Assembly: GCF_020745735.1 (NCBI RefSeq)
Contig: NC_083409.1
Location: 18,000,341-18,064,340 of the forward strand
Direction of reading: 5' to 3'
Origin: Hemiscyllium ocellatum
Taxonomy: Eukaryota
DNA: 64,000 nt
The notes under the pieces were generated by a model. That model ran no database searches. It was not told the origin of the DNA and saw only the letters and a list, made by a program, of their open reading frames with translations. Position numbers and translations under genes: made by a program. Below are positions 10,950 to 23,512 of the stretch, one piece after another (the first letter of the stretch is position 1; each line of letters starts with the position of its first letter).

Positions 10950-11260
10950 TTAAATTAAAGTGACTCAGATTAAATACATCTGCAGTGAATGTATAAATCT
11001 ACAGCAACTCCCACACAGGGTGTTTCGATTGGAGGCTGAGTTGAAATATTTGGTGACACATCAGGGAGGTGCAGAGATACCTGGAGATCTTGTTCCTGAA
11101 GGATGCTATAATCCTCAGGACCAGACAGTCCAATTCCACGTGTAATAATGGGCAGGAGGGAATGACAATGAGGAGGGCAGGTAAGGATTTGGAGAGCACT
11201 GTAGGACAGGAAACCCCTCACTCTTGCTGTAGTGTGGGTATGCTCACCGAGCTGGGAAGT
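10950..11260 (+). mobile_element. CR1 ORF1 N-terminal fragment
   Basis: ICSECINLQQLPHRVFRLEAELKYL matches the CR1 ORF1 Cys/coiled-coil start also seen at 42625-42882. Confidence 0.55.
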
Positions 11261-11264
11261 TGAT

Positions 11265-12310
11265 TTGTAGACATTTTGTCCCCTGTCTCAGTGACACCTT
11301 CAGAGCTTTGGAGCTTCCTGTGAAGCGCTGTTGTGCTTTGTCTTCTGGAATTTATTTGGTTCCATCCCTGCTGTTTCCGGTTGCTGGTTTGGGAATGTTC
11401 ATTTCAGTGGTCGGTATACTGGGTCTAGGTCAATGTGTTTATTGATGAAGCCCATGGCTCCAGAAATTCTCTGGCTGCCCTCTGTTGAGCTTGTCCTATG
11501 ATCATAGTGTTGTCCCAATCAAATTTGTGGTCCTTGCCATCTGTGTGTATAACTACCAGGGACAGCTGCTCATGGGGTTTAGTGGCTCGTTGGTGTTCAT
11601 GGATGTGGATGGCTAGTTGTCTGGCTGTGTGTTTCATGTAGGCTTTGCATGGAATCTTGTAAACTACATTTGTCTTTCACATGATTGGTTTTGGGTCTTT
11701 TGTTCTCACGCGTTGTTGTCTGAGCGTGGCTGGCAGATTCTGGACAGTTTATGAGTGATTAGATTCCCTACAGTATGGAAACAGGGCCTCCAGCCCAACA
11801 AGTCCACACCGACCCTCCAAAGATAACCCACCCAGACCCAGTCCCCTAACCAATACTGACCTCAACTAATGCACCTAGCACTAGGGGCAATTTAGCATGG
11901 CCAATTCACCTGACCTGTACACAGACAGTTGCCCGATGTGGGAATTGAAATCCGTACCCTGCCACTGTGAGGCAACAGTGTTAACCACTGACGCACTGCT
12001 CCATGGTTAGTCAAGTCTGGCTGTCAGTTCTGTGGCGTTTGTTTATATACGGTAGCATGGCTAGGAGTTAGGTTGTCGCACGTCCTCATCGTGTTGTTTG
12101 TCTGTTAGATATCTGCGGATGAAGTTGCAGGAAAATCCGTTCTTGGTGAAGACTTTGTAGAAGTGTTCTTCTCTTCGGAGGTCGGGAGTGCTGCAGTGTG
12201 TTGTAGCCCTATTGAACAGGGGCCTAATGCAGCTTCTCCTGTGTGTGTTTGGGTGGTTGCTGTTGTAGTTCAGGGTCTGGCTTTTCTGTCCACTTTTGTT
12301 GTGCATTCAC
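11265..12310 (-). mobile_element. Penelope-like element fragment (RT C-terminus and GIY-YIG) interrupted by an HE1 SINE
   Basis: ORF 12061..12306 HPNTHRRSCIRPLFNRATTHCS...KNGF and ORF 11425..11637 RQLAIHIHEHQRAT...HKFDWDNT. The 3' end is related to the 3382-3834 palindrome. Confidence 0.8.
11753..12000 (-). mobile_element. HE1-like SINE
   Basis: Reverse-complement match to 2267-2597. Confidence 0.85.
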
Positions 12311-13616
12311 CATTCTGTGATGGATGAGAATGTGGCATTGGAAGCAAAATCACAACAGCCATGGTCCTATTGTTTGTTCGAGAAGTCTCGAAGGATTGAA
12401 TGGCCTAATTCAGCCTCTAATTTGTAAGTTCAAAACAATTGAATGGTCTTTTCTCTGTACCCACTCATACACACTCTCTGCGTGAAAGATTTCTTCAACA
12501 CTTCACCTTTCCTCATTCGTGTCTTAACCCTGAGCTCTCATTGTTGCTGGGAAATTTGAGAAACTGGTATATTCACTTGCTCATTCATTCCCTTCTCAGC
12601 CTCTCTTTATCTCCTAAAACTCCACTCAACACCAATCTGCTGGGTCAGGAGCAAGGCTCTCAGCTTAATGGATAAAGGAACCTTTTCTAGCACCAAGCTG
12701 GTGACAGTCAGCTGGAGAATAATGTTCCATTGCACATGCCTTCTTCAAAAACCAAGGTGTTCAGCTATTCTGTACATCCACGTTCACTCCTGAAGGGATC
12801 TGGCAGAGAGGAAGAGTCAGTGCAGCCATTGTGCAGCATCCAGTGTCGAGTTGTCCCATTTCCAATCCCACTGCAATGTCATTGTCTGCCCTGACATCAA
12901 GCAGGTGCTCCCATCTCAAGAGGCTCATGGCCCTGAGGATTGTGAGAGTAAGCCCTGTCCATTCAGCTCGATTATCAAGCTTCAGCCTTCCTGATGTGGT
13001 GGCAGCCAGGAGAACCCTGTCCATGGGAGATTCCACACACACTCCCTCCCTCCCTCCCTGCAGGGAAAAATGATTCCATGGCCCTGATTTCTCTCCAACT
13101 GATCTGAATTTGAGTGTTGCTGAAAAAAGAAACATTTTGTCAAAGCTTTTGTCTTGCACACATCAGGGCAATTTGCAAGAAATAGCACAGCAAAGGCAAA
13201 CACCATGTAGACTGGAGACCCCAGCGGGTCAGGCATCATCCATGGAGAGAAAGCAAGGCAAAATGAAATGTTTTCATAAGAAGGACTTTCTCTCACTCAA
13301 GTTCCAGATTCTCAAATGACTGTTTGATCCTGATTTCCTCTTTTGGTTTAGACCTGTTGAAATTCTAAAAATAATTCTCTCTTTTTTAAAATGGAGTACT
13401 CCATTTATACATCATTCATCATTGAATTCCAATAACTGCATCAAAATATTTTTCCTGATTTCCTTTCTGTACTTGGTATATGACTGGAGAATGTATCATT
13501 TTGCTGCTCAGATTGCATGCTCTGATGGTTAACATATATTTTTTGTGTTTCTTTATTTAAGAATTTTTGAACACCAGAATACCCCCTCTCCACTGTCGAG
13601 ATCCTGTTCTGGCCTT

Positions 13617-13845
13617 CATAGAATCATAGAATCATAGAATTGAGGAATCCCTTCAGTGTGGAAGCAGGCCACACAGCCCAGAAAGCTCATACCGACCCTT
13701 TGAAGACCATCCCACCCAGACCCACACCTCCCCTACCCAATCCCTGTAACCCTGCGTTTTCCATGGCATTTTCCATTTGCTAGCCTGCACATCTCTTGGA
13801 CATAATGAGTAATTTAGCACGGCCAATCCCCCAACCTACACATCT
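13617..13845 (-). mobile_element. HE1-like SINE, 3' part with (CATAGAAT)n tail
   Basis: Reverse-complement match to the HE1 tail and core, with a tandem tail at 13617-13640. Confidence 0.75.
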
Positions 13846-16800
13846 TCTCTCAGTTTTGCAAATGAAACATCAGTTTTGATTTTTACGCTTTGGGCTAGAT
13901 TTAGTACAGTTGGAAACATGACTCTAGGCAAACTTAATCATTCCAGTGGCCCATTTCAATGCCCCCAATGGCAGCAAATCTCTCCCAATGAATATCAGGA
14001 TAGAAAGAGTGAACTGGAATTCTCAGCCACCATCAGACGATATCAACTTGACTGAGGAACAAATTGACCCCTAAATTCCTGAATCTATCCTGATTTACTG
14101 GCAGCTCAGGGATTAAATCAGCTTGGCTTTCCCACAATTTGTCCAATTAATGGACCGAGCTTCAGATGATGTCCTCATGTTAAACTGCAACCTCTCTCAT
14201 GACCCACACCTGCCTTTAGTTGCATTTGATCTGGGATTCCATAATAAGCCAAGGTCTCTAGTGATAGCCCTGACTCCAACAAGCATTGCTCTGCTCACTT
14301 CCAACTGGGGACCTCCCCAGGAACCAGAAGCAGCTCCCCAGCAGTCCTGTCACTGATGGGTGAGATCGTTGTTGACCCACCTTAGAGTGGACTGAAGCCA
14401 AACCTTTCTGACTCCATGGAAGGAGTTCTATCAACTGAACCAAGGCTGATACTTTAAAAAAAAATTATAAAATCTGTCAATAATTCATACTGTATGTGTG
14501 CAAGGTCAGAGTTTCGAGGTTTTAACGTGTACATTTGGAATGTAATGAAACGTTACTATGGAGAAAGTTGCTGCTTGACAAGAACAGCCAACTCTGCCCA
14601 AAACGTCACCGCAATAATTAGTCCATCACCATCCAGTTGAATGCTTTCTAGCATTACTTTCCCTTTATTATTCCTCTTTTTCAGATTATTAAATACCTTT
14701 TAAATTAGTACACACATGGGAACACCACCACCTGCAGGGTTTTCCCCAAACAGTTCATCGTCCTGACTAAGAAATATATCCCTGTTCCTTCACTGTCACT
14801 GGGTTGTTATCAGGGAATTCTCTCCCTCAGGGCATTCTGGGTCTACCAACAGCACATGGCTGCAGCGGGTTCAGGAACGCAGCTCCTCACCACGTTCAAA
14901 GAAAATGAGGGACAGGCAGGAAATGCTGCCAGCCAGCAGCGCCCATGTCCCACCAGAGAATAAAACATGGATAGGTTTTGTTTAACAGCCTGTGGCAGAA
15001 AATTGCAAATTCTTACCACCTTCTGTGTAAAGAAATCTACATCCCAAAATAAAACCTTGTGACCCTGGATCCCCTGTCCCTGTCCATTATGTATTTCCTC
15101 ATCTAACCCCTTTCCAAAACACTCTCTCCATCTTGCTTTGCTCCTTATTGACTCTTCTACAATTGTCCCTGTTCCCTCACTCCGTCCGATCCCAGAGGGA
15201 TTGATGGCCGGAGTTCATGACCCCGCACTGTGTGTAGGTTGGTGTGAAGTGAAGCCAGTGTGTTGGAGCTTGGGCTCCTGCCTCAGGCCCAGGTGTAGGG
15301 GCCTGTTCAACAATCTGCACATTGTCCTTTTTCTCTTTCTGACCGTACTGGAGTTTTCAAGCTGCAGTAACTTGCTGAAAACAAGGTGTCTTTGCTAAAA
15401 TGTTCCCAGCACTGGACAGATTTCTGCTGTTGATTTTTTTTCTCTCTCTGGAGTCAGCTCTGTATTCAGTGCCTGTTATCATTTTGTTAGAGTTCATATG
15501 TCAGCTGCTGCTTCCTTGCTATGGACTTGGAAAAAAAATCATCAATGCCTCTTGAGATTTAAATCATTTAACATTCCAGTGATGTGAATGCATCAGTGTT
15601 GCTTATGCAGGAAGCATTTAACATCATGGTTTTAGCTTTTAATGTATCCTCTCTCGAGATAATACAGTTTGCAATGTTTCTCTCCCCTTATGTGTTATTC
15701 AGATGCTTGCAAACCTGTTATGATGAGGACAGTGCGTCTTCAACACTGTGTGATGGAGTGGATGGGTGTTTGATTTCTCATCTCATTATCATCCAGTTTT
15801 CAAAGAAAATGCTGTAGTCTTTGAAATGGGATTATCTATAATGTGTTTGGATTTTATTTTTGCAATGCCAATTTTCATAAACAATATCCTGTTCCATTTT
15901 GTAGTTATGTTTGTCAATGAATGTTCGCTGAGATACTGAGAGTTTATACAACACGCCATTTCCCTGTGGCCCAGTTGTTGGCTGAAGCCTCTGGTTGTTC
16001 GGTGAGTCCAAGCCATTGCCTTGCTCTCTGCAGTTATACCATCAACTTGGTGTCTCAGTGTGAGCCAGGAAACCACTGCATGGTGACTGTTGAGGTTAAT
16101 CCCATCATGAACATCAGAACATTCTGCTCAGCTGGAACTACACTCACTGACTAATTTCTCTGGCCACCATCGCAGTAAAACCAAATCTCTCCCTTTGTCA
16201 GCACAAAGAGAAAGTGCCCGTCAGATTCCCTCGTGTGTGATGGTTTAGCCCAATAGGAGCAGCACTGGTAGACCATGTTGCATCAGCCTGGACAGAAACC
16301 TGGGCAACCTCCAAATGAAAATGTGATCTTCAATGGATCTGCTGCTACAGGAAATATGCAATTGGAATCCTTGTTAACGAATCACCTCATCAAACCTAAA
16401 CACAACTGAGAAAATATAAACCAAACCAATTTCCCAAGGTCACAACACAACAAGAAAGTGGGGAACAGACTGATGCTCCCTGGCTTTAATGAGCATTGCT
16501 TTTCCTATCCTCTCTCTGTCTCTGGGTTAAAATTTTTACATCCTTTCTGTGTGAGAATATTACTGTTCCTGTCCCCACTCTCTTGGGGACAGGTGGGGAT
16601 GTCACATCCACACAGTTCGTTCGTTCCATTTACTCTTCTGAAATGGGGAATCCCTGCTTCGCCATGTGTGTGAGCCATGAGTGAAAGTCCAGCACAGCTC
16701 ACCCTTCATCTCAATCAGATCACTGGGCTCTAAGGTTGGTCAGTACTGTCTGGACCAGACAAAAGCACTGACTGACTGGAGACAATTCAGATCAAGTCCC

Positions 16801-16999
16801 AATGAGACTGCTATTGACCTTCACCCTCAAAGCCCACTGAGGGTGTGGTCATTAGACCCAGTGTTGTCACAAAGTAAGTTCTCCCAGAGATTCATGATCC
16901 ATTCTAGATTTTACACAAGTGTGCGATGTTGTTGGATGACGGGTGGGAAGGCTTGGAGACAAAACATAAAAAGAGAGAGTATTATATTTCTATGATAGC

Positions 17000-17560
17000 G
17001 TTTTTGATCTTGGATGTTGGAAAATGTTTTACAGCCAATTCAATACTTCCGAAGTCCAGGCATTGTTGTGATGTGGGAATTGTGACAGCCTGGGCAAGGC
17101 AGATCGTATGGCAGCACCACCCAGAGACTGGAGGCTGCTACTGCAGGCAGGGGGCCAACCAGTTCTGCTGTGAGGGAAGGACACTGGAGCACACAAGAAC
17201 ATGAGAAATTGAAGCAGGAGTAGGACTCCAATGGCTGTCCATCCTTTCTTAAATACAGGGACCAAAATTGCACACAATACCTCAAATGCAGGCTCACTAA
17301 CACCCTGTAAAGTTTCAACAAGATTTCTCTACTTTTAAATTCCAACCCCAGACAATAAAGGTGAAAATTCCATTCACCTTCTCAATTCCTTGCTGCACCT
17401 GCACTAACTTTCAATGTTTCATGCACAATACTACCCAGATCACTCTGTACTGCACTTTTTTGGAATATCTCACTATTTAAATAATAGTCAGCCTTTCGAT
17501 TATTCCGAACAAAGTGCATGGTCTCACACTTTCTGATATTAAATTCCGTCCACTGTGTAT
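17000..17560 (-). mobile_element. CR1 3' RT fragment
   Basis: ORF 17040..17345 EFKSREILLKLYRVLVSLHLRYCVQFWSLYLRKD. Confidence 0.75.
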
Positions 17561-17709
17561 GAGTGTTTCATTTTCAGTTTGGTCACCTCTTTGTGATTGA
17601 CTGTCTCAATGCATTATCTGTAGTGTGTCCCATTCCCATTTGTTGATGGCCCTGACACTTGATTGTCCAGCCCGTTCCTGCTGGTTCCATTCAATGACAG
17701 GCAGGAGGT

Positions 17710-20390
17710 TGGAGGAACACAGCAAGTCAGGAAGCATCAGGCGGTGAAGAAGTTGATGTTTTGGGTGTAACCCTTCTTCAGGAATGGCGGTGAGTGTAGG
17801 CGGAGCTGCAGATAAAGGGGGTGGTGGGGCAGGGTGGAGAATGGGGATACATGAAGACAGGCAGATGACACGACCTGGTTCGTTAATGGAAGGAATGAAT
17901 CTGTTTGGTGGCAGAGAGGAGTGGAAGAGATGGGAGGGGCTGGGGAGGGAGTGCGGGGATGGGAAGGGAAGGTGTTTGAAATTGGAGAACTCAGTGTTGA
18001 ATCCTCTGAGCTATAGGGTGCCCAGGCGGAAGATGAGGTATTGTCCCTCCAATTTGCGATTTGGTTCATTGTGGCAATGGAGGAAGCCAAAGATGATCAT
18101 GGTAGAAAGGGAGTGGGAAGGGGAATTAAAATAGGTGGTGACTGGGAGATCTGGTCGGCCCCTACAGGCCCAGCTGAGATGCACGACCAACCGCTGCCTA
18201 AGTTTATGTTTGGTCTTCCTGCTGTAGAGAAGACCACATCGCCGTCACCTGATGCAGTAAACTAGGTTGGAGGAGAGGCAAGTGAACCTCTGTCTCACCT
18301 GGAAGGACTGTTTGGGGTCCTGGATGGAGGTGCTGGGGTTGGTGTACCAGCAGGCTTTGCATCATTTCCGTTTGCAGGGGAAGGTACCGGGGGGTTCAGG
18401 AGAGATGGTGGAGAGAGTGTTGCAAACTAAGAATTGTCAAAGGGAACAGTCCTTGTGGAAGGCAGACAGGGGTAGGGTGAGGAAGACATTCTTGGTGGTG
18501 GGGTCTTGTTGGGGTTGGCGGAATAGGATGATGGGTTGGATACAGAGATTGGTTTGGGTGATAGGTGAGGGCAATGGGGTCTTTGTCTTTATTGTGTTTG
18601 GAGGGGGTGGGTTTAGAGCAGTGGAACAGGAAATGGAGGTGGTGCGATGGATGACAGAGGGAGCAAAAGCATGTTGTTCGAAATAGGTGGTCATCTAGAA
18701 TACTTGGGAGTGGAATGTCTCCTCATTCGAGCAGATAGAGCAGAGGCGGAGGAATTGGAAGAATGGGATGGAGAAAGTATAGTCCGTGTAATAATGGGAG
18801 TCTGTGAGTTTGCAGTAAATGTCTATCTGAACACGGTCACTGGAGATGGGAATGGAGAGGTCAATAAAGGGGAGGGAGGTGTCTAAGGTGGACCAAGTGA
18901 ATTTGAGGGTAGGGTGGAAGTTGTGGGCGAAGACGATGAACTGCTCCAGTTCAGCCTGGGTGCAGGTCACTGCACCAACGCAGTCATCGATGTAATGGTA
19001 GCAAAGCTGGGGCACAGTGCCTGTGTAGGCACTGAAGAGGGACTGTTCAGCATAGCCAATAAAGGGGCAGGGGGAGCTGGGGCCCATCCAGGTACTCATA
19101 GCCACCCCTGGATTTAGAGGAACTGGGAGGAGTTAAAGGAAAAGTTGTTGAGGGTGAGGACCAGTTCGGCCAGATGGAGGAGGGTATTGGTGGAGGGGGA
19201 GTGGATGGATCTGTTGGAGAGAAAAAAGCAGAGGGCCAGGAGGCTGATCTTGTTGGGTATGGACGTATATAAGGACTGTCCATAGTGAAGGTAAAGTGCT
19301 GGTGGCCTGGGAACTGAAGGTTACTGAAGAGATGGAGGGCATGGTTGGTGTCACAGATGTAGGTGGGAAATGCCTGAACCAAGGAGGAGAGGATGGAGTT
19401 GAGGTAGGATGAGAGGAGTTCGGTGGGGCAGGAGCATGTTGAGATGATGGGTCGGCCAGTGTAGTTGGGTTTGTGGATCTTGGGAGCAGGTAGAACTGGG
19501 CAGTGCAGGGCTGGGGGACTATGAGATTGGAGACAGTGGAGGGGAGATCACTGGAGGCAATGGGGGCACAGACAGTGTGAATGATTTTGGCCTGATGGGT
19601 CACGGTGGGGTCATGGGCAAGGGGGAGGTAGAACGTGGTGTCAGAGAGTTGGGGTTCGGCCTCTGCGACATAGAGGTCCGTTCCCCAGACTACCACCTTT
19701 GTCAGTGGGTTTGATGGTGAACCGGGGGTGGTACGGAGACAGTGGAATGCTGCATGTTTGGAGGAGGGGTGATTGGAGAGGGTGAGGGTGGTGGAGAAAT
19801 TGAGGCGGCTGATGTCACATCAGTGGTCAGCAATGAAGAGCTCTAGGGTGTGTACACAGCTGGTGGTGGGAGGGTTGGGGGGTGACCAAGTGGAGGAGGA
19901 AGGTTGAAGGTGGGAGGAGGGGTCCTCAGAGGGAGTTTGGGAGTTTTTGTTAAAGAAGAAGACACGGAGGTAGAGGCGGCGGAAGAAGAGCTCCACGTCC
20001 TGGTGGGTGCGGGGTTTTTTGAAGTTGGGAACAAATGTGAGCCCTTTTCTCAGGATGGACCTTTTGGACTCAGAGTTCGAGGTCGTGGGGGGATAGTAAA
20101 TAAGGGGCAAGCTCAGGGTGGGGGACGAGGTTTTCAGGGGGGTCCGAGATGGCTGAAGGAGGGGAGGGGGCAAGGGTGATGGGAATGGGAGAGAATGGGT
20201 GTGGGAGAGAAAGGAGATTGGAGTGGAGGTGGGTTGTGGAGTGAGGTGTGGGAGTGGGAAGGTGGGGATGTGGTGAAGAGGGAGAAGTGGAGGGATAGGG
20301 TGCACTGTGGGGGTGGATGGGTGAGGAGGGAGAGCGAGTGTGCTGGCTGGCTGCAGGTAGGCAGTTGGACTCAGGGTGACTCTGGGAAAT
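17710..20390 (-). mobile_element. Near-full-length degenerate Penelope-like element (N-terminal region, RT, GIY-YIG, pseudo-LTR)
   Basis: ORF 19820..20305 SILRKGLTFVP...FFRRLYLRVFF; ORF 18695..19105 MGPS..C.FIGYAEQSLF...YIDDCVG...FHPTLKFTW...LPFIDL; GIY-YIG remnant ~17950-18300; pseudo-LTR ~17715-17785. Confidence 0.9.
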
Positions 20391-20479
20391 GCAGTCTAAG
20401 TCTTGGTTGCAGAGTGGGAGGGGCCAGAAGTGGAGGCAGAGGTTGGAGCGAAGTCAAGGCTGGATTGGGTGTTTTGACT

Positions 20480-20778
20480 CAGGTTCAATTCCAGCCTCAG
20501 GCAACTGTCTGTGTGGAGTCTGCACATTCTCCAAGTGTCTATGTAGGTTTCCTCTGGGTGCTCTGGTTTCCTCCCACAATCTAAAGACGTGCAGGTTAGG
20601 TGAATTGGCCATGCTAAGTTACCCCTAGTGGTCAGGGATGTGTAGGTTAGGCTCATTAGTCAGGAGAAAAGCAGAGTAATAAGACAGGGGATTGGGTCTT
20701 GGGTAGGTTACTCTTCCAAGGGTCAGTGTGGACATGTTGGGCCAAGTGGCCTGTTTCCTCACTGTAGGGATTTTATGA
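20480..20778 (+). mobile_element. HE1-like SINE
   Basis: Match to 2267-2597. Confidence 0.85.
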
Positions 20779-21666
20779 CAGTCCATTCCGGATTCCCGCC
20801 ACCTGTTGAGTGAAAAAGTTCTTCACCAAATCTTATTTGCAGTGTCCATAATGAAATCTTTCAAACCATTCATTTTGTTTAATGTCATTTTGCTCTTGAG
20901 CTCCTTGTTCAATAAATGTTTTATTCTTTTTGATGAAATATGAGCTCTCTGACAGGGACAGTTAACTTTCTCCAATCAGGGAGCCCTGGCTGACAGATAA
21001 ACAGAGGAGTGCCAGAAGGACTGACACTCTGGGACCTGACTCTGAATAACAACCTGCCAACCAACTTGCACCCCCCCCTCCCACTTCTGTCACCCTCAAT
21101 CTCCCCATGCTTACTCTTGTTTCACCTTCGATCCAGCCTGTGCTGCCTTTGGGAGAGGTTGGCCTTCCCTCCATCACCCAGGAACGTGGTCATTATCCCA
21201 GAGCAGTCACACTTTTAACCTGAGGGTCATCACAGCTGGGGCAGGGGGAGAGAAGGTGGCACCTTCATGGTGGTCATACCTGTCATTAATCCACCGCAAC
21301 CTCTCTTGGGGCTGCAAGAATTCAACCTCCCTCCCTCAGACAGCTCCCCTCCCTGGAAGGTAATATTGCTGCACCTTGTTTTGGGTTAATAAACCACTGA
21401 AATATGACTATGGGGAGCCAGCATTGGCTGGGCAGGCAGCCACGATTGACCCTGGATTCAGAAAGTCCCCTTGTAATTGGGCAACACATTAGGGAGCACA
21501 GTCTAGATTAGAGTAGTGCTGGAAAAGCACAGCAGGTCAGGCAGCATCTGAGGAGCAGGAAAATCGACATTTCTGCATTAGGGAACACAGTGCCCACTGC
21601 CTCTGAAATCCCTCCCTTACTGAGAATACACTCTCAGTATTCACCTTTCTCAGCTGCCATCTGAAT

Positions 21667-21795
21667 TTATAATAAATTCTGTGTCCAATGACCCTGCCCC
21701 TCCAGCTACCTGATGAAGAAGCAGTGCTCTGAACGCTTCTACTTTCAAATAAACCTGTTTGACTATCACCTGGTGTTGTGTGTTTTTTAACTTTG
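21667..21795 (+). mobile_element. PLE pseudo-LTR fragment (hammerhead family 2, degenerate) with 11-bp TSD
   Basis: CTGATGAAGAAGCAGTGCTCTGAACGCT...AATAAACCTGTTTGACTATCACCTGGTGTTGTGTG, flanked by GCCATCTGAAT at 21656-21666 and 21796-21806. Confidence 0.75.
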
Positions 21796-21928
21796 GCCAT
21801 CTGAATGAGCTGCCATCTCAGACTGAATCAGCAGAACTGTTTTCCATTCATGATTTGAGAAGATTAAAGCCTGATCTTCAATCCCCAGCACAAAGCCCAT
21901 CCTCAATCCAACGCTCAGAGACACATAC

Positions 21929-22076
21929 CTCAGAGAGACACCTACAGGCAGCACAGAGTAACACACTCACTCTGTGAGACAGGTAGCACTGAGGAACATG
22001 ATCACACTCCATGCTGTAGATAGGTGTCTCCGAATGTGGGTCGTTACTGAACGCTGCCTGTAGGTGTCTCTCTGAG
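21929..22076. repeat. Perfect 24-bp inverted repeat with 100-nt spacer
   Basis: CTCAGAGAGACACCTACAGGCAGC (21929-21952) and GCTGCCTGTAGGTGTCTCTCTGAG (22053-22076). Confidence 0.95.
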
Positions 22077-22162
22077 TAACAAATCCACACTGAGAGAGAC
22101 CCCTCCAAGCAGCATTAAGTTAAACACTCGCCCTCAGAGAGGCACACATTCCAGATAGAGCT

Positions 22163-22293
22163 TTATTCCTGATGAAGGGCTTTGCCCGAAACATCGATTT
22201 TCCTGCTCCTCAGATGCTGCCTGACCTGCTGTGATTTTCCAGTACCACTCTAATCTAGAATCTGGTTTCCAGCATCTGCAGTCCTTGTTTTTA
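22163..22293 (+). mobile_element. PLE pseudo-LTR with hammerhead core (family 1)
   Basis: CTGATGA-A-GGGC-TTT-GCCC-GAAA-CATC followed by the standard pseudo-LTR body. Confidence 0.75.
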
Positions 22294-22856
22294 CCTCAGA
22301 GAGACACAGCTGACAATGTCAGTGATTGGCCGAAGATTGTTTCAGCAGCTACCCAACATGCAGCAGAGATTGCACAGTGCGATCCCATCAGCTGGGCCTG
22401 GACCAACAGAGTGAAGAGGGAATGCATCAGATTGTACTTATTGAGTCCTAACAGCTGTCGGTTTCTGTTCTTTTTGGAATCTTGTAACCTACATAAATTC
22501 CTGATCAAAGGGATCATTTGAAAATGATTAATGATTGATGATTGTACCAGCCAATCTTGACAATGACCTGCTGAAATGCAGCCAATCAACTGGGGGGCGG
22601 GGAAGGTTATCTATTTCCAAAGCATACACCAGACAGAGACTGAATCTTCACCTTTATTCCCTTTTCCACATTCACATTGACAGAAAAAAAACTGTAATTA
22701 ACAGCCCAGACAGAGGAAGCTGCTCAAATTCACAGCCACAATGGAGTTTAAGGAAAACATTTGTGGAGAATTGCTCAATAACATGAGAATCCTGTCCCTT
22801 TAAACAGTGACAAAGCCTTAAATTGGAACTGGCGGCTGAGCAGGAAGGAGATCTGG

Positions 22857-22862
22857 TTTATT
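22857..22862 (-). terminator. Probable poly(A) signal of the kappa transcript (AATAAA); a second lies at 22653-22658
   Basis: TTTATT on the plus strand, ~320 nt downstream of the C stop codon. The cleavage site is not known from sequence alone. Confidence 0.6.
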
Positions 22863-23183
22863 GAAGCAGAGAATTCTGAGGTTCACATTGTTTTGTACAG
22901 CTGACAGTCTTCAGCAACTTCAAGAGGTTTTACTTGGCATCACAAGTCAACCCTGTCCCCATCAAACACTCCCAGAACAGGGACAGCATGGGGTTTGACA
23001 CAGCATAAAGCTCCCTCGACACTGTCACAATGATCTGCTTTAACATCCAAACCTCAGAAGGTTCCCTGAGCAGTCCTGAGAAGGAAGAGAGTTGAAATTC
23101 AGTGCTGACAATGACCTTTGTCCTGCCAGCTCAGCCCTGTTCTATTTAAAATTGTGTCTCCTCTGTGGACTGTCTCCAACACT

Positions 23184-23512
23184 CTACACACATTCTGATC
23201 TCCTGATGCTCTTGCTGAGGGGAGAGGGGAGGGTCACGTGGGTGAGGGCACAGGAGAAGCGAGCGTCGGACTCCCAGTCAGACCCAGAGAGGGTCAGCAG
23301 GCTGCTGACACTGTAGGTGCTGTCCGAAGCTCGCAGGTAGTTGCTGGTCTGAACCCCGTCCGAAATGACTGCACCGTCTTTCTTCCACTGCACCTCCAGC
23401 TCATCGGGATAGAAGTGATTGGCAAGGCACACCAGGGTGGCAGTGTCCTTGGCATTAATCTGCTCAGGGGAGGGGGGCAGCAGGGTCAGCTTGGGCTGAG
23501 AGTTGTCACGGA
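23184..23512 (-). CDS. IGKC: Ig kappa-type (shark type III/NS4-like) light-chain constant exon, intact
   Basis: Acceptor TCTTTCAG| at 23514-23513, then phase-1 TC and RDNSQPKLTLLPPSPEQINAKDTATLVCLANHFYPDELEVQWKKDG...FSCALTHVTLPSPLSKSIRRSECV* (108 aa). Both domain cysteines, the Trp and the penultimate interchain Cys are present. Confidence 0.97.

Noticed and set aside
22132-22308. Possible TSD (CAGAGAGRCACA) around the pseudo-LTR at 22163-22293
   Set aside because: The left copy is 16 nt away from the element edge and the motif recurs locally, so it is not a clean TSD.
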